A program made the position numbers and the translations under genes. Of a stretch of 64,000 nucleotides of DNA, positions 1-26,424 are shown in pieces; position 1 is the stretch's first letter, and every line of letters begins with the position of its first letter. The stretch spans positions 62,001-126,000 of the forward strand of contig MCFH01000030.1 in the NCBI GenBank assembly GCA_002104945.1, written 5' to 3'. The notes beneath the pieces were generated by a model. It had not been told where the DNA came from. It ran no database searches and saw only the letters and a program-made list of their open reading frames with translations. Source of the DNA: Piromyces finnis finn. Its lineage: Eukaryota; Fungi; Neocallimastigomycota.

Positions 1-986
1 TTCCTCTTAGAAAGATTACAGAACTTTCAATAGAATTTGATTTTCCGGATTTTGTAACTACTCATATTTTGGAAGTTTTTTCAGAAAAGGTGTTTAACGA
101 AGAGCAAGGTAAAGATAAAAATAAAAATAGTAGATAAAAAAGAAGAGAATGAGAAAATGAAAACGAAAAATATACCTTTTATTTTAAAGATTAAATAATA
201 TAGAAACTTTTTAATTTAGTAATTATATATATTTGTTATCTAATAAATTATTTTTTTATAGATACTTATTATACCCTTTCTAAGGAAAAAATCACAAAGT
301 TCCTTGGAATTCAATTGTTAGCTTCTCATATGGTAAATATTTAGTAATAAGAGAGAATACATACTTAATATTATAATAATATAATATAAAATAATATAAT
401 ATGATATTATATTTTATTTTTAAAAATAATTTAATTTATATATTGTGTGGGTATTAATATCAATAATTATATGTATCCTTTTTTTTTTTTTTTATTCTAT
501 ATTCTATTATAGCCAAATCCATATGAATATAATGACTTTATGGCAAAATGGAAAGAAATTATTCCAGAAGATTACACTGCAGATATTGAACTCATTAAGG
601 TAAATATAAGACATATAATTTTTTTTATTGTTATATAATACATATTAATAATATCTATCTTTTTTTTTTTTTTCTTTTCTTATTAATAATTTTATTATTA
701 TATTTATACTCATTTAATATTTAATTAGGGTTTTTATATTGAGGAAGATGTAACTTTTCAAAATGATAAAAGATTATTGAAGTATTTCCCAATGACTGAA
801 CTTTCCCATAATATTAAGCAACGTCTGGAGGAACTCTTTTATGCCAAACCAAAATGGAAGGATAGTAGTCTTCTTCCATACTTACAAGATATTGAGTCGA
901 ATAAAAAGATAATTGATAGAGCTTTGATTAAATATGCAAGATCTTCTCGTGTCGGAAAACAAACTTATTATACCTCTAGATTTTAA
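1..986 (+). CDS. DCC1: Sister chromatid cohesion protein DCC1, 3' part (5' end outside window); 4 exons visible
   Basis: Exons ~1-108, 262-332, 513-598 and 730-986 join in frame across GT-AG introns. The C-terminus KYFPMTELSHNIKQRLEELFYAKPKW..LLPYLQDI..ALIKYARSSRVGKQTYYTSRF* matches the Dcc1 C-terminal pattern (LP..RF..LF..KW..I.PY..LLKYAR). Confidence 0.8.
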
Positions 987-1607
987 ATATGATAGTTGAA
1001 TAATTATAGAAATACAATAATATAATATGTTTCTTTTATATTACATAACTTTATTTAAAAACAAAAACAAAAATGGAATAGCAATAACAATAATATTTTT
1101 TATAAATAAAATAAAGAATACGATACCAATTTATTCTATAATTTAAAATTTATTTAAATATCAATATTTTAATATATTTTATTTTGCATTTTTTTTTTTT
1201 TTTTAATTTTTTTAAACATGATAATTTAACTCTAAATAAATAATAATAGTAATGTAAATCAATTATATATAAGAAATATAAGTACAATATATATATCTAA
1301 AAGTAAAGAAAATAATGCACTAAATACGCTTGTAATATTTTTTTTTCATTTTGAAATCCAAAAATTTTTTCGAAAATTATAAATATTCAATCTTTTATGT
1401 AGATTATATAAGTATTAACTTTATGAAAAAAGAGATTGAATATTGATAATAAATAAATGCATATTTATAATATATATGTATATATAAATAAAGAAAAAAA
1501 AATTAAAAAAAAAAGAAAAAGGATTTTATATTTTATATTATTATTTAATTTCAATATAGAAAAAAAAAAAACATATATATATATATTTTTCCATTTTAAT
1601 ATAATGA

Positions 1608-8979
<7,372 letters not shown>

Positions 8980-9984
8980 ATTGAAATTTGTAGTCGTATA
9001 AAAGCAGTATCTTGTACTTTTTTATGGGTTTCAATGTTATTATTATTAATGAAAAGTAATTTTATTTAAAATACCAATAATAATTATAATATATAATTTC
9101 TATCCAATTCTTTTTTGTGGTATATTGTGAATATCTTTAGTTGTATATTTAATTATTATATGTAATACTAAAAATTTAATGTTTTTTTTCTTTTCTTTTT
9201 TTATTTTCTTATTCTTCCAATTTAATTATTATTTGAAAAAAAAATTTAATTTCATCTAAAGATTTAAAAAATCAAATTTAAAGTTTATATACTTTTTAAA
9301 TTAATATATAAAATCATTTGTGAATAATAATAATATAAATAATAATAAAATAAGGTTTAAAAGAAAAGTGGAAAACTACTTACTAAATTTAATATTTCAT
9401 AATATTCAAAGAGAATAGAAAGTAGTACTTCAGAAATATATAATAAAAGAGTAAACAATAATTTATAAGATATTGATTTTTTTTATTATTTAAAGTCAAA
9501 TAATTATTTTATTTTCCAAAATATTATTATATTATATTTTATTTTATTTTTTTTTTTTTTTAATAAATTGTACTACTAAAAACTAAAATATTTAAATTCT
9601 TATTAATCGCATTTTTACTCTTCTACAGATAATAATTAAAAATAATTTATGAAGATATACAAAAAAAAAAAAAAATAAAAATAAAATAAAATATAATAAT
9701 TATAATTTAGTATCATAATAATAAAAATTTATTAAGACATTCCTTTGCTATTATTGAAATGAATAAAGAACTTTATATATTTTCACTTTATGAAAAATAT
9801 TGAAATATTATTAATAATATTATTAATTTTTTTTAATTTTTTTTATTTTTTAATATTAATATAATAAATTTAAAATATTTTTTTTTCATATTAAATATAT
9901 ATATTTTAATTGTGTGCTTTTATTCAATTTATTATATATATTATATTTTAATTATTCTATTTTTCTTTTTACATCATTATTTAT

Positions 9985-11021
9985 TTAATAAATGAATGGG
10001 ATAAACTTTTTAGTTTTTGCTGTATATTCTGACCATTCTTTTTCATGATCAAGTAGTAAGCTCTTATGATAAGCATCTAATTCAGTTACTCTTATTAAAA
10101 TGATATATATTAAAATTGAAGAAATTATTGGTAATGAGAAAATATTTGAAGTATATAATAATGTGAAAGCAGTAAAAATCATTAAATATGCAAGGAATTC
10201 TGGGTAACGACAGTATTGATAAAGTCCTGAAGTATTAATGAGTTCGATAATATCTTGATCTGGGGAAGAAGCTAAATATTTTTCCATTTCTTTCTTTTCT
10301 TTGTCGGAAAAACCTTCATATTTATCTTTTTTCTTATTTAAAAGCTTACGTTTTTCGGTTACGACTTCTTCACCATTTTCATCAATGGTAACTTCTTCTT
10401 CTACTTCATCATTTTCATCATCACTTTCTTCTTCCATACCTCTGTCCATAATTTTTATCTTAGATAAACTAATAGAAGTAAGATATGATCCACTTTTTAA
10501 TTTATTAGTATAGGCTTTAAGGCATACTCCAACAACAATAAAGAGGGAAATAAAAAGAGAAGTACATTTTCCAAGATAAAGTTTTCCGAAAGAAACTTTT
10601 GAAAAAATAATTACATACATGATACTAAAGAACATACCTATATAAAATACATTAAATAATGTGTATATTTTATAATTAATGATTAATTAATAATAATTTA
10701 AAAGAATTTAAGATACTAAAATGTATATTTATTATTTTATTATAAAATTTTTAATAATTAAATGAAAAAGAAATTACAGAAATGAATATATAATACCAAT
10801 ATTTAAAATTAATTTTAATATTTTAATTTAATAATTTCAATATAAAATATTATTAATATCATTTTATTTCTTTATAACTTACTTGATTGCATAATAAGAG
10901 CACTATATCTCTCTTTTTGTTTAATTAATAAAGTATTCCTATGAGTTAATTCGGTATCATTTCTTGAAATGTAAATGAAAAAAAAAACTAAAGGAAGACA
11001 ACCAATAGCGTATTCAATCAT
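9985..11021 (-). CDS. Multi-pass membrane protein, DUF1295 / steroid 5-alpha-reductase C-terminal / ICMT-like superfamily; 2 exons
   Basis: Exon 1 (ATG at 11021, MIEYAIGCLPLVFFFIYISRNDTELTHRNTLLIKQKERYSALIMQS) splices in frame to exon 2 (~10637-9985). C-terminal motifs TSGLYQYCRYPEFLAYLMIF and WSEYTAKTKKFIPFIY* are typical of this superfamily. Confidence 0.7.
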
Positions 11022-11360
11022 TATTATTAAATTCTTATATTATTATTATATTATTATTATATATGTTTATGTTTATTGTTTCTAGTTGATTTTAAATAAA
11101 TTGAATTTTTATTATTTTTTTTTCTTTTTTCTTTTTTCTTTATTTTTATTTTATTTTATTTTATTTTTTTTTATTTTTTTTTATAGAGTTTAAAACTTTG
11201 TAATTTCTTTTTTTTTTTTTTTTTTTACTTTGCTGTGTTATTCAAGGCTTATAATATATAATATTTAATGTAAAGTTAAAAAGGTTATTTTTAATACTTT
11301 CTCAGTAACATTTATTTATGATTAATGAAAAAACGATTGGATTAAAGAAAAAGTATAATA

Positions 11361-11497
<137 letters not shown>

Positions 11498-12106
11498 TGA
11501 AATATCAAAAAATAGTAATAAATTGAATTTGTATTTAAATTATAAGTTAAAATATATACTTTTTTTTTTTTTAATATGTTTTTATGATAAATAAATATTT
11601 AATCTTTGTAAAAGTAATTATAAAATAAATAATAAAGAATATTCATTTTTATTTCATTTTTATATAAAAAGGCATATTTGAATATATTTAATAAAGAAAA
11701 TTAAATATTAAATTTTGACATATTAAATAACAGTAAGAGAAATTTCAAATTTATTTTGAAATTTAATATTGAAGTTCATATTATAATAATATATACTTAT
11801 ACTTAGAAATCTGTATTTAACTTAAAAGAGTATTAATTTAATTAGTTAATTCTTAAATAATATACCACCTTTTGTTGATTAATACTTTCATCATTTTTAA
11901 ATATAACAAATATATAACAAATATACTTTAATAAGAATATATTTTTAAAATTATATAAAACATTTAAACAATAATCAAATCATATGTAAATTAAATTTCA
12001 AAATTAAAATTCAAAAAGTTTTTTTTTACTTTTTTTTTTTCTAAATAAACAATTAAACTTTTTTACAATAGACCAGTTAATATAAAATCATTAAATAATA
12101 ACTATA

Positions 12107-12688
12107 ATGTATGCAGATCAAGGTGCAAAATTAGTAAAAGAAGCTAAAAAAACTCAAGATATTCTTCCAGAATATAATATTGAATTAGTAAGAGATGTGC
12201 AACGAGAAATAAGAACACTTCATCATAACACAACTGTTCTTTTACGACAATATGATATTAGAAATTCCTCACAAGAAAATCCAGGTGCTTCTGCATCTAT
12301 CATTTTACATCATCAAAGTTTAAAAAGAAATAAGCGTTGCTTATTGGCATATCATTACCATCGTTTAAAAAAAATTGAAGAATTTTGTTGGGAATTGGGA
12401 CATATACCTCAAGAACTTTTACCTAATCTTTCCTCACAAGAAACTGATTTTTCTACAGAATATCAATCTATTATTAATGATTATTCTTCAAATTTTACTG
12501 GAATTGATTTAAGTAGTTCACTAGAACCACCAAAAGACCCTTACATTGAAATTCGAGTTCTTAAAGATTGTGGTGAAATTTATACAGAGAATGGTTTAGT
12601 TACTCTATCTAAGAATAGTCAACATTATTTAAGACGAACAGATGTGGAACATTTAATTAATGAAGGATATTTGAAACATATTAAATAG
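12107..12688 (+). CDS. PSF1: GINS complex subunit Psf1 (DNA replication); intronless
   Basis: MYADQGAKLVKE..LPEYNIELVR..HHQSLKRNKRCLLAYHYHRLKKI..LEPPKDPYIEIRVLKDCGEIYTENG.V.L.KNSQHYLRRTDVEHLINEGYL. Confidence 0.96.
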   Translation: MYADQGAKLVKEAKKTQDILPEYNIELVRDVQREIRTLHHNTTVLLRQYDIRNSSQENPGASASIILHHQSLKRNKRCLLAYHYHRLKKIEEFCWELGHIPQELLPNLSSQETDFSTEYQSIINDYSSNFTGIDLSSSLEPPKDPYIEIRVLKDCGEIYTENGLVTLSKNSQHYLRRTDVEHLINEGYLKHIK

Positions 12689-13657
12689 AAATTTTACTAA
12701 AAACGCAAATTATATTAATAATATATTTCTTAATATATATGATAATAGTCGTTATAAATTAAGACAGTTCTAGTCTATTTTTTTTTTCTAAACTTATGAA
12801 AGTTTTTTCTATATTTTCCCTTATAAACATTTGTATATACCAATATAATTTTAGAAAACTCAATTATACCTTCTTTTCTATCTTTTTTTTTTTTTTTTCA
12901 TAATTAATAATAATTGATATCATAAAAAAATTAAATAATAAAAAAAAGATAAAAAATAAAATATTGAAACAATATAATTAATAAGTTTTGGTTATTTTAT
13001 TTATCTCTTTACAATTATCTTTATTTTTTTTTGTTTATTTTCATTATATATGAAATAATCTTTATTTGAATTTAATGTATTAAAATAACATTTTTTAATT
13101 TAAATATTATTGGTGGATTAAAAAACTTTTTTTTCATATAATTTTTTATATATAAATTTTTTTTAATTTTTATTGTATTTTTTATTATTAATATTTTTGT
13201 TGAAATTAGAATAAAAAAAAAAAAAAAATAAAAAATGATCGTTAACGTAAGTGTTTCAACTTGGAAATAAATTAAGATAAAAGAAAATGAATAATTAAAA
13301 AAGAATGATGATAAATGTCAAGGAGAGAATGAATATATTTATATTAAGAAGGATTATTTTTTAAACCTTAAGAATATTTTATTTTGTTATTATTTCTTAC
13401 CAAAATTATTATTTCAATGTACATCATACTTTTTTCTGAATCACACATTTTAAGCATTATATATATGAATGATATTTTTGTTAATATTTAATTGAGAATC
13501 AAGCGTCAATTTCAAGCATCATATAAATCAATTCAATTACTTTATATATATGTACCTTTTTACACAATGTTTAATGTTTGTAAAATATTAAAATAAAATT
13601 ACTTTATCAATATTTTTTTTATTATTAATACTTTTATAATTAAAATAAATTAAAAGT

Positions 13658-14412
13658 ATGGTTGTTAATTTGTTAATTTAAATTGAAGATTAAAATGTTA
13701 GAAAAAAAAAAAAGAAAGAAAGAAAGAGAAAATTAATAAGAATCAAAATAATAGAAGGAATAAATATATATATATTTTAAGGAGTGATCATTAATAAAAA
13801 AATAATATATTAAAATCAATATTTTATGTTTTGTTTTATATAAATTCTAGATATTAATATATATTTTTAATAATGTTTAATTAAACAGGGAGTTGTAAAC
13901 CCAAAACCTTTCTTAAACGAACTTACTGGTAAACCAATTATTGTTAAACTTAAATGGGGTATGGAATACAAGGGTTTTCTTACTTCAGTTGATTCATACA
14001 TGAATTTACAAGTACATATCATGTTATTAAAATTATAATATATATTTGTAATATTTATTTATTAGTTTTATTATTATTATCATTATTTTAATATTATTTC
14101 TTATTTATCAAATTCTATTTTTTTATAATAGTTAGCTAATACTGAAGAATATGTTGATGGTGCTTCTACTGGTGTTTTAGGAGAAGTCTTAATCCGGTAA
14201 GATACTATTTTTATAAATCCTTTTATAATAATAAATAACATATAAACTTTTTGTATATTTATATTCGTATTAACAATAATATTTATATTGTTATTTAATG
14301 TATATATATAAATTAAAACATCTAAATAATATAAAAATTAAAAAATTATATTAGTTGTAATAATGTTTTATACATTCGTGAACTTAAGGAAGAAGCTGAA
14401 ATGGAAAGCTAG
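13658..14412 (+). CDS. SNRPF: Small nuclear ribonucleoprotein F (SmF); first exon uncertain
   Basis: Exons from 13889 ([41 protein letters not shown]), ~14132 ([22 protein letters not shown]) and ~14355-14412 ([18 protein letters not shown]). The start is either an ATG or ATG-GTT micro-exon at 13658, or the MIVN exon at 13235. Confidence 0.93.
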
Positions 14413-15060
14413 ACTTATAGGAAATTAATTTCTATTTAATCACATAAAACTAAAGTTATCTTTTAGGACATTAAAGAGTTTTTTTTATATCGTTAATAAT
14501 TCTAAATGAACTATTTAAAAAGCAATATTGGGATTATTAAAAAAGAATTTACAAAAACTATTTAAAGATTAAATATATTTATATCTATTTTTAATTTAAT
14601 TATTTTTTTTTTTAAATAATTATCAAAACATATTTAACACATATAATATGTATATAAAAATAATAATTCAACGTAACTTTTGAAAGATAATACTACTTCT
14701 ACTAATATTACTACTAATAATAATAACAACAATAATAAAAAAGTATATAATATTATTAAATTAACAAGCATATTTTTATTGAGTAAGTTTTTTATATATA
14801 TTTTAAATTCAAAAATTGGTATAGATTATCATGAATTATCAAGAAAATTATTGATAATGTTAAAAAAGTTTAGGAGAAAAACAAAACATTATATTCAATA
14901 ATAATAATATAGTGTAGTTACAAGCAGGATAAGATCCTATTTAAAAAAAAAAAAAAACTTTATTAATTTCTATTACTAATAATATATTATTTTGTTTATT
15001 TTTTTAAATATAATGAAATAATATTAAATTCACACCTTTTCATTAAATGCTATACAAACA

Positions 15061-15061
15061 A

Positions 15062-15108
<47 letters not shown>
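15061..15108. repeat. Compound (TACA)n(TA)n microsatellite
   Basis: aacatacatacatacatacatacatatatatatata is directly visible. Confidence 0.9.
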
Positions 15109-15414
15109 AAAGAAAATATAGATATCATAAAAGTAATACTAAAAATTTTATTTGATGGTTGTTCTTTTTTATTTATTTATTTATTATATGTATATATTAT
15201 TTAAAGTAGAAATATTAGAAATATTTATTAATATATACATACATTAGTTAATTAGAATTTATAATTAGTACTTTTTATATAAGATTAATTTATCTTATAA
15301 TCCTTATTATAATAAGAATCATATATTTAAATGTAAGTTGATTTGAATTATTGGTTATAATTTTTGAATTTGCAATAATTATGATTAATTTTTATTTTTC
15401 ATTGTTTTTTTTGT

Positions 15415-15445
<31 letters not shown>

Positions 15446-15596
15446 CTTATAATATACTATTTAATTATGATATTAGAAAAATGCTATTGTAAATGAAAAA
15501 TATAGTATATATGCATATATAATTTTTGAAAAAATTATCATTTAGATTAAACAAATAAAATTATATATATGTATATTAGTATTAACATGAATCATA

Positions 15597-17167
15597 TTAA
15601 TGAGTGATATTCTTTGAAGAGTGGTATTTTTTCTTTCTATAAAAGTATACTTTTTTGTTATCAATTAAATAATTATTCTTGGTATGTAAAACACTATCAA
15701 TAAGTGATTTATTTAAAAGCGATGAACTTCTAGGTGCATAATTAGGATAATCATTAAATTGTTGTTTTTGAAAGGAATTTGATGAAAAAGTATTATTTTT
15801 ATCGTTAATTTTATTATTAATATGTTTATTAGCATTGAATGAATTGCTATTGTTTTTATTATTTTGTTTATTATTATATATATAATGATTGATTTGATTT
15901 TCATAATTTTCTTGGTTCTCAGAAATATTATTTTCAAATGAATTATAAGATTCTTTAGTTTTTTGTTTTATATTATTAATTACTTCAATTGAAATATCAG
16001 TTGCTTGGGTATCTTTATTAATATAATTATATATTTTATTTTTGGCGTCAGTATTTGAATATATATTAATAGAAGGGTTAAGATCTTCTGATAACTTGAA
16101 TGTATTGATATTTTTATTACTCTCATTATTGTTATAATAATTATCATCATCAAGTAAAATATATGAGTTAAAATTATTAAAACTATATTTTCTAGGAATA
16201 TTTAAATCAATATTATTATGACTATTCATTAAATATTTGGTAGATGAAGATTTTGATGAGAAAGGTTTATTCCTACCAATAAATGTATTTTCATTAAAAT
16301 ATTGTGATAGTTTTTTAGTTTTATAACTTTCCATATTTGAAATGTCATTTTTATATGTTTCCTACATTTTTATTATTAAAAAAATAAATATATAATACAT
16401 AATATTATAATAATATATATTATTATAAATATAATTTTTATTAATTATTATTTTATTTTAAATAATTTAATTTTAACATTATTATTCAATGTTTCTAGAA
16501 ATTTTAATTTACTTATTTTTTACTTACATTTTCTTTGTTATTTATGTTATTTGGTGGACTATACCATAGTTTACTGATATATTTTTTCCTTATATGATCT
16601 CTTTGTTGTTCAATATTTATTTCATTATAATTTAATTCTTCAAAATCATTCCATTTTGACAGCCATATTTCTCTTGCTTTTTTATTACCCCCATTTTTTA
16701 GTCCTATAACATCTTCTTCTGTAAAGATAGTAAATGATATGCCTTTTATTTTATGATTAATCTCTCTTAGCAAACCACCACATTCTGCACAGACAAAAGT
16801 ATTCAAACTTAAATTAACATATGATATTAAACTGTAGTATTTGAAATTATTATTTAAAAAGGCACAGATATATAGAATAATAAAATATACTTTATTATTA
16901 ATTTTATTTAAATTATAATTTTAAAATATTCAATTGAAAAAGAATTATAATTATTAAATATACCTTGAATTGCAGTCAAAACATTTTTTATTCTTTATTA
17001 TATATAAATGAATGAATTGAATTTAATAGTTAATTTATTAAACAAATATATTTATTTATGTCTATATATAAAATTAAATTAAATTAACAAACCTCTTCTA
17101 ATTTCATTAAATTCCGTATAGTACGTTCATTTTTTTCATTTTGTTTTTTAAGTTGAAATGAATCCAT
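15597..17167 (-). CDS. ArfGAP zinc-finger protein (AGFG1/Gts1-like N-terminus) with an Asn/Ser-rich tail; 4 exons
   Basis: MDSFQLKKQNEKNERTIRNLMKLEE|NKKCFDCNS|SLISYVNLSLNTFVCAECGGLLREINHKIKGISFTIFTEEDVIGLKNGGNKKAREIWL gives an exact CX2CX16CX2CX4R ArfGAP motif. Confidence 0.88.
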
Positions 17168-18326
17168 TTTTATTTAGTATTTATTTATTAACTATTATTT
17201 ATATATATATATATAGTGTTTATATTTATTTATCAAAAATATTAACATTATTAAATAATTTATATATAGGATTAATTTTTTGAATATTGTCATTCATGAC
17301 TTTTTTTTTTTTTAAAAAAAGTAATAAATATTTAAAAATATCTTTCTAATATAAGACTATTAAATATTATATGAAGTATAGGTTAAATTAACATTAATTT
17401 TTTATTTTTTAATACATTAACATTTAAATTAATATTGAACTGATTTATATATTTTTATTTTAATTTTTTTTATTTCTATTTTTCTTTTTATTTTTAATTT
17501 TGTGGTAATTCTTTTTTTTTTTTTTTTTTTTTAAATACTATTAGAATACAACTATTATTATATTTATATATTTTATAATAACATTTTAATTTTTTTTTTA
17601 TTTAAAAAATGGATGGATGTAATTAATTTAAAATTATATATCAAATAATATAAAGGATTATTAATTGAATTAATTGAAAATAAAACAAATAAGGTTTATA
17701 TATAAAATCAAAATGTTATATAGTAATTTTGTAATTTAGTATTTTAATATTAAATAAAGTTTTTACATATGAAAAAATGTTTTATGTTAAAATTTAATAA
17801 TATTATTATACTTTTTAATTTGGATCTATTCTATTATTTCTAAATAAATAAAAATAAAAACAAAGAATTAAAAGATAAAGAAAGAAAATATTATATTTTA
17901 TATTAATATAAAATGTAAATAAGAATAAAAACAGTCAAAACAATTATATATTTTATTAAAAATTATTATCAAATTAATGAAGTAATATAATAATGATAAT
18001 TCATTTTATCATATTTTAATTAAACTTTCTTTTTTTTATAATAATATAATAAAAAAATTAAATATATTATTAATCTTTTTATATATAAATGAATTTATAT
18101 ATTTAAATAATTGTTTTTTATTAGTTTTCCATTATCAAATATTTATTAGCTACTAAAACTCTATAATTATATTATTTGTAAAAAGTTTAGTTAATATTTT
18201 TTTTTCATAATTAAAAAGTTAATTTCAAGATATAGCAATAAAACTTTTTAATAATAAATAAAACTTTTTAATAATAAGCAATGAAGCCTTTAATATAAGA
18301 GAAAAAACATAATATTGTACATAGAA

Positions 18327-18573
<247 letters not shown>

Positions 18574-19350
18574 CATTACTGAATATTTAATTAATTCTAT
18601 TAAAAAAATATAATATATATAATATTTAAAAATTTTATTATTCATTTTTTTTTTCTTTTTTTTTATAATTTATATTTTTTCTCATATTTAATTAAATTAA
18701 TTTATTTTTGAATTTTAATTATTATAAAATTTTTTTATTATATATTTAATTAAATCGTTTTAAAGATTTCAATCCAATAGAATTTATTAGTTAATTGTTT
18801 ATGAAGCAATGATATAGAATATAAGTGTAACGTATGACAAAATTAAATATACCTTTTCATTTATAAAAGATATATTTTTTCTTCTACATAAAAAATCATA
18901 GTAATTTATTTTAAATTAAAAATATTAATATATTTAATTCTTATATTATGAAAGACACTTTATTAATTTTTTTTTTTAAAAAGTAACCAAATAAATGGTG
19001 TATATATGAACACTAATAGAACATTTATAAATTTAATAATATAATGTTTTATTTTTATTTATATTAATTTATGACTTTTTTATAATTTAGTATTATTTTT
19101 ATTAGTTATGTTTCTTGTTAATGACTTTTAAATATTCTTTTTCTCTCCCTCTCTCTTTCTTTTTTTTTTTTGTCTATTGAATTTCTTTTTTTATTTTATT
19201 ATATCCTATTGTTGGTATACAATTTTGATTATATACTTTTTTTTTTTTTTTTTAAAAAAAAAAAACATTTTTTAGTTTATAACTTTTTATTATTTTATTT
19301 ATTTATTTATTTATTATTATTCTTGATGGTGATTATGTATTGTTATTTAG

Positions 19351-24358
<5,008 letters not shown>

Positions 24359-24974
24359 ATTGGATATTTTTTATTATATTATTGAATGATTTATAATGTT
24401 TTTAATTATCTTTTTGAATTTATTTTATTTATATATTATGTTTTATTGATTTTTTTTTTTTTTTAAGATTAATTTGTTATTAATAATACTATTATTAAAT
24501 ATAAATATTCAACCTATATTTTCTAAAACAAAATTTAGTAAAAAGTAAATTAATATTATATCGAAGGCATTAAAGTTGTATGTTATTATTAAACATTAAT
24601 TTAAATTTAATAATATTGGAATTTTACAAAAATGTTTCAATTTTGTTTAATTAAAATATAGCATAATATAATAAGAATTTTATTAATAATTTTTAATTTA
24701 ATTATACAATGAACATTTAATAAAAATAATATATATGTAATTAGTATTATGCTTACTTTTTTATTTTATTTTTTTTTTTAAAATAATAGCAATAATAACA
24801 ATAAAATTTGTTTTTTTTTTGTTTTTTTTTTAAAAAAAAAATTAGAATAGGAAAGGGTATATAAATCTATTAATTAAATAAGAGTTACACAGAAAAGTCG
24901 ATTAATATGTATAATTTAAATTTTTATGATTAAATTACTAAATAATCATTTTTAAACAATAAAAAATAAAAAAT

Positions 24975-26424
24975 ATGGAAAATTATAAATTTCCAATTAA
25001 TAGATTAAAAACCAAATTAGAAGGTATTATTAATAATATCTTAGTATTTTAAACTGTATATTATTGAGTAAATTTAATAAAACTAGAACTATCTACTAAA
25101 TTCAATTTCTCTTCTTCAATTTTAGATTCATCAAAAACACCAATTGTGTTAATTTTATTTGGTTCTTTAAATCCAATTACTTATTTACATTTACGTTTAT
25201 TTGGTAATGAGAAAAAATAAGTATATATATACATACATATATATACACTTAATAATTATTTATTTAAAAATAAATTATTAAGTTATGAAATTTGGAAAAT
25301 CTATAAAATAAATTATATATCCTTTCTTTTTTAATAATTTAAATTTAAAAATTATTAATGAATATGTATTAAAAAATAGAATTGGCAAGAGACCATTTAA
25401 AAAATTCAAATAGCAATTGGGAAGTTGTTGGCTGTTATATATCACCAGTTTCACCAGGTTACTATAAACCAAATTTACTCCCACCAAAAGATAGAAATAA
25501 TATGTGTCAATTAGCTGCAGATTGTACTGATTATATTATGGTTGACATTTGGGAAACACTTCATAAAGAATATATTAGGACTTTACCTGCTTTAAAACAT
25601 TTTAGCACAGAATTAAACAAGGATGGTGGTATTTTAATTGAAGATGGTAATTATATAAAATTTAATATACCTTAAATATCATTAAGAAAAATAAAATAAT
25701 TTAAAATCCTTTCATACCAGACTTTTTTTGAAAAAAAAATTATATATTTTTAAAAAAATTAATTTATATTGTTATTTATTTTTTTTTAAAAAAAAGGTAC
25801 TCGTAAGAACATTATTCCAGTTATTTTAGCTGGTGGTGATTTAATAGAAACTATGACTCAACCAGGAGTATGGGCTGAATGCGATGTTAGAATTGAATTA
25901 ATAGAATTACAAAAAAATTATATTAAGGAATAAATTTTTAAAAAGCTTATTTTTAATAAAAAAAATAATTTTTACTATAATTACATAGATAATTGATATA
26001 TTAAAGGATTACGGTTCAGTTGTTGTTGAACGTTCAGGAACAAATCTTTCTGAAGTTGTTGCTAAAGATAAGATTCTAAGCCAATTTCAAGTAAATAATT
26101 AATAATACAAATAATAATATTATGGTTTATTATTTAGTGAATTATTCTCAATACTCTAATAATAATTATAATATTATAGGATAGAATTGTCGTCGTTAAA
26201 CAGACTATTCCAAATGATGTTAGTTCAACTAGAGTTCGGTAAGAATTAATGAAATTAATATATAATTAACAATATATTATTATTATTATTTAAATATAGT
26301 AATTTATATTATATAATATTAATATATATATAGTAATTGCATCAAGAACAACCTTTCTATTAGATATATTGTTCCAGATAGTGTTATTGATTATATTAAA
26401 GAAAATAATTTATATAAAAATTAA
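24975..26424 (+). CDS. NMA1: Nicotinamide/nicotinate mononucleotide adenylyltransferase (NMNAT); 7 exons
   Basis: MENYKFPINRLKTKLE|DSSKTPIVLILFGSLNPITYLHLRLF|ELARDH..SPVSPGY.K..R.MCQLA..IMVDIWE..|..ILAGGDLIETM.QPGVW|..VVERSG..|NDVSSTRVR|..SIRYIVPDSVIDYIKENNLY*. Confidence 0.95.

Noticed and set aside
13305-13439. Box C (ATGATGA) ... box D (CTGA) pair suggesting a snoRNA
   Set aside because: There is no terminal stem and no recognisable rRNA-complementary guide. Such short boxes are frequent in AT-rich DNA, and the region is better explained by the small ORF.
14680-14901. Intergenic ORFs 14680-14901 and 19170-19391
   Set aside because: They use non-ATG starts, have low complexity or homopolymer composition, and show no homology or splice signals.
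18238-18277. 20-bp tandem duplication ATAAAACTTTTTAATAATAA
   Set aside because: Two copies only, low complexity and no spacer; not a CRISPR array or transposon end.
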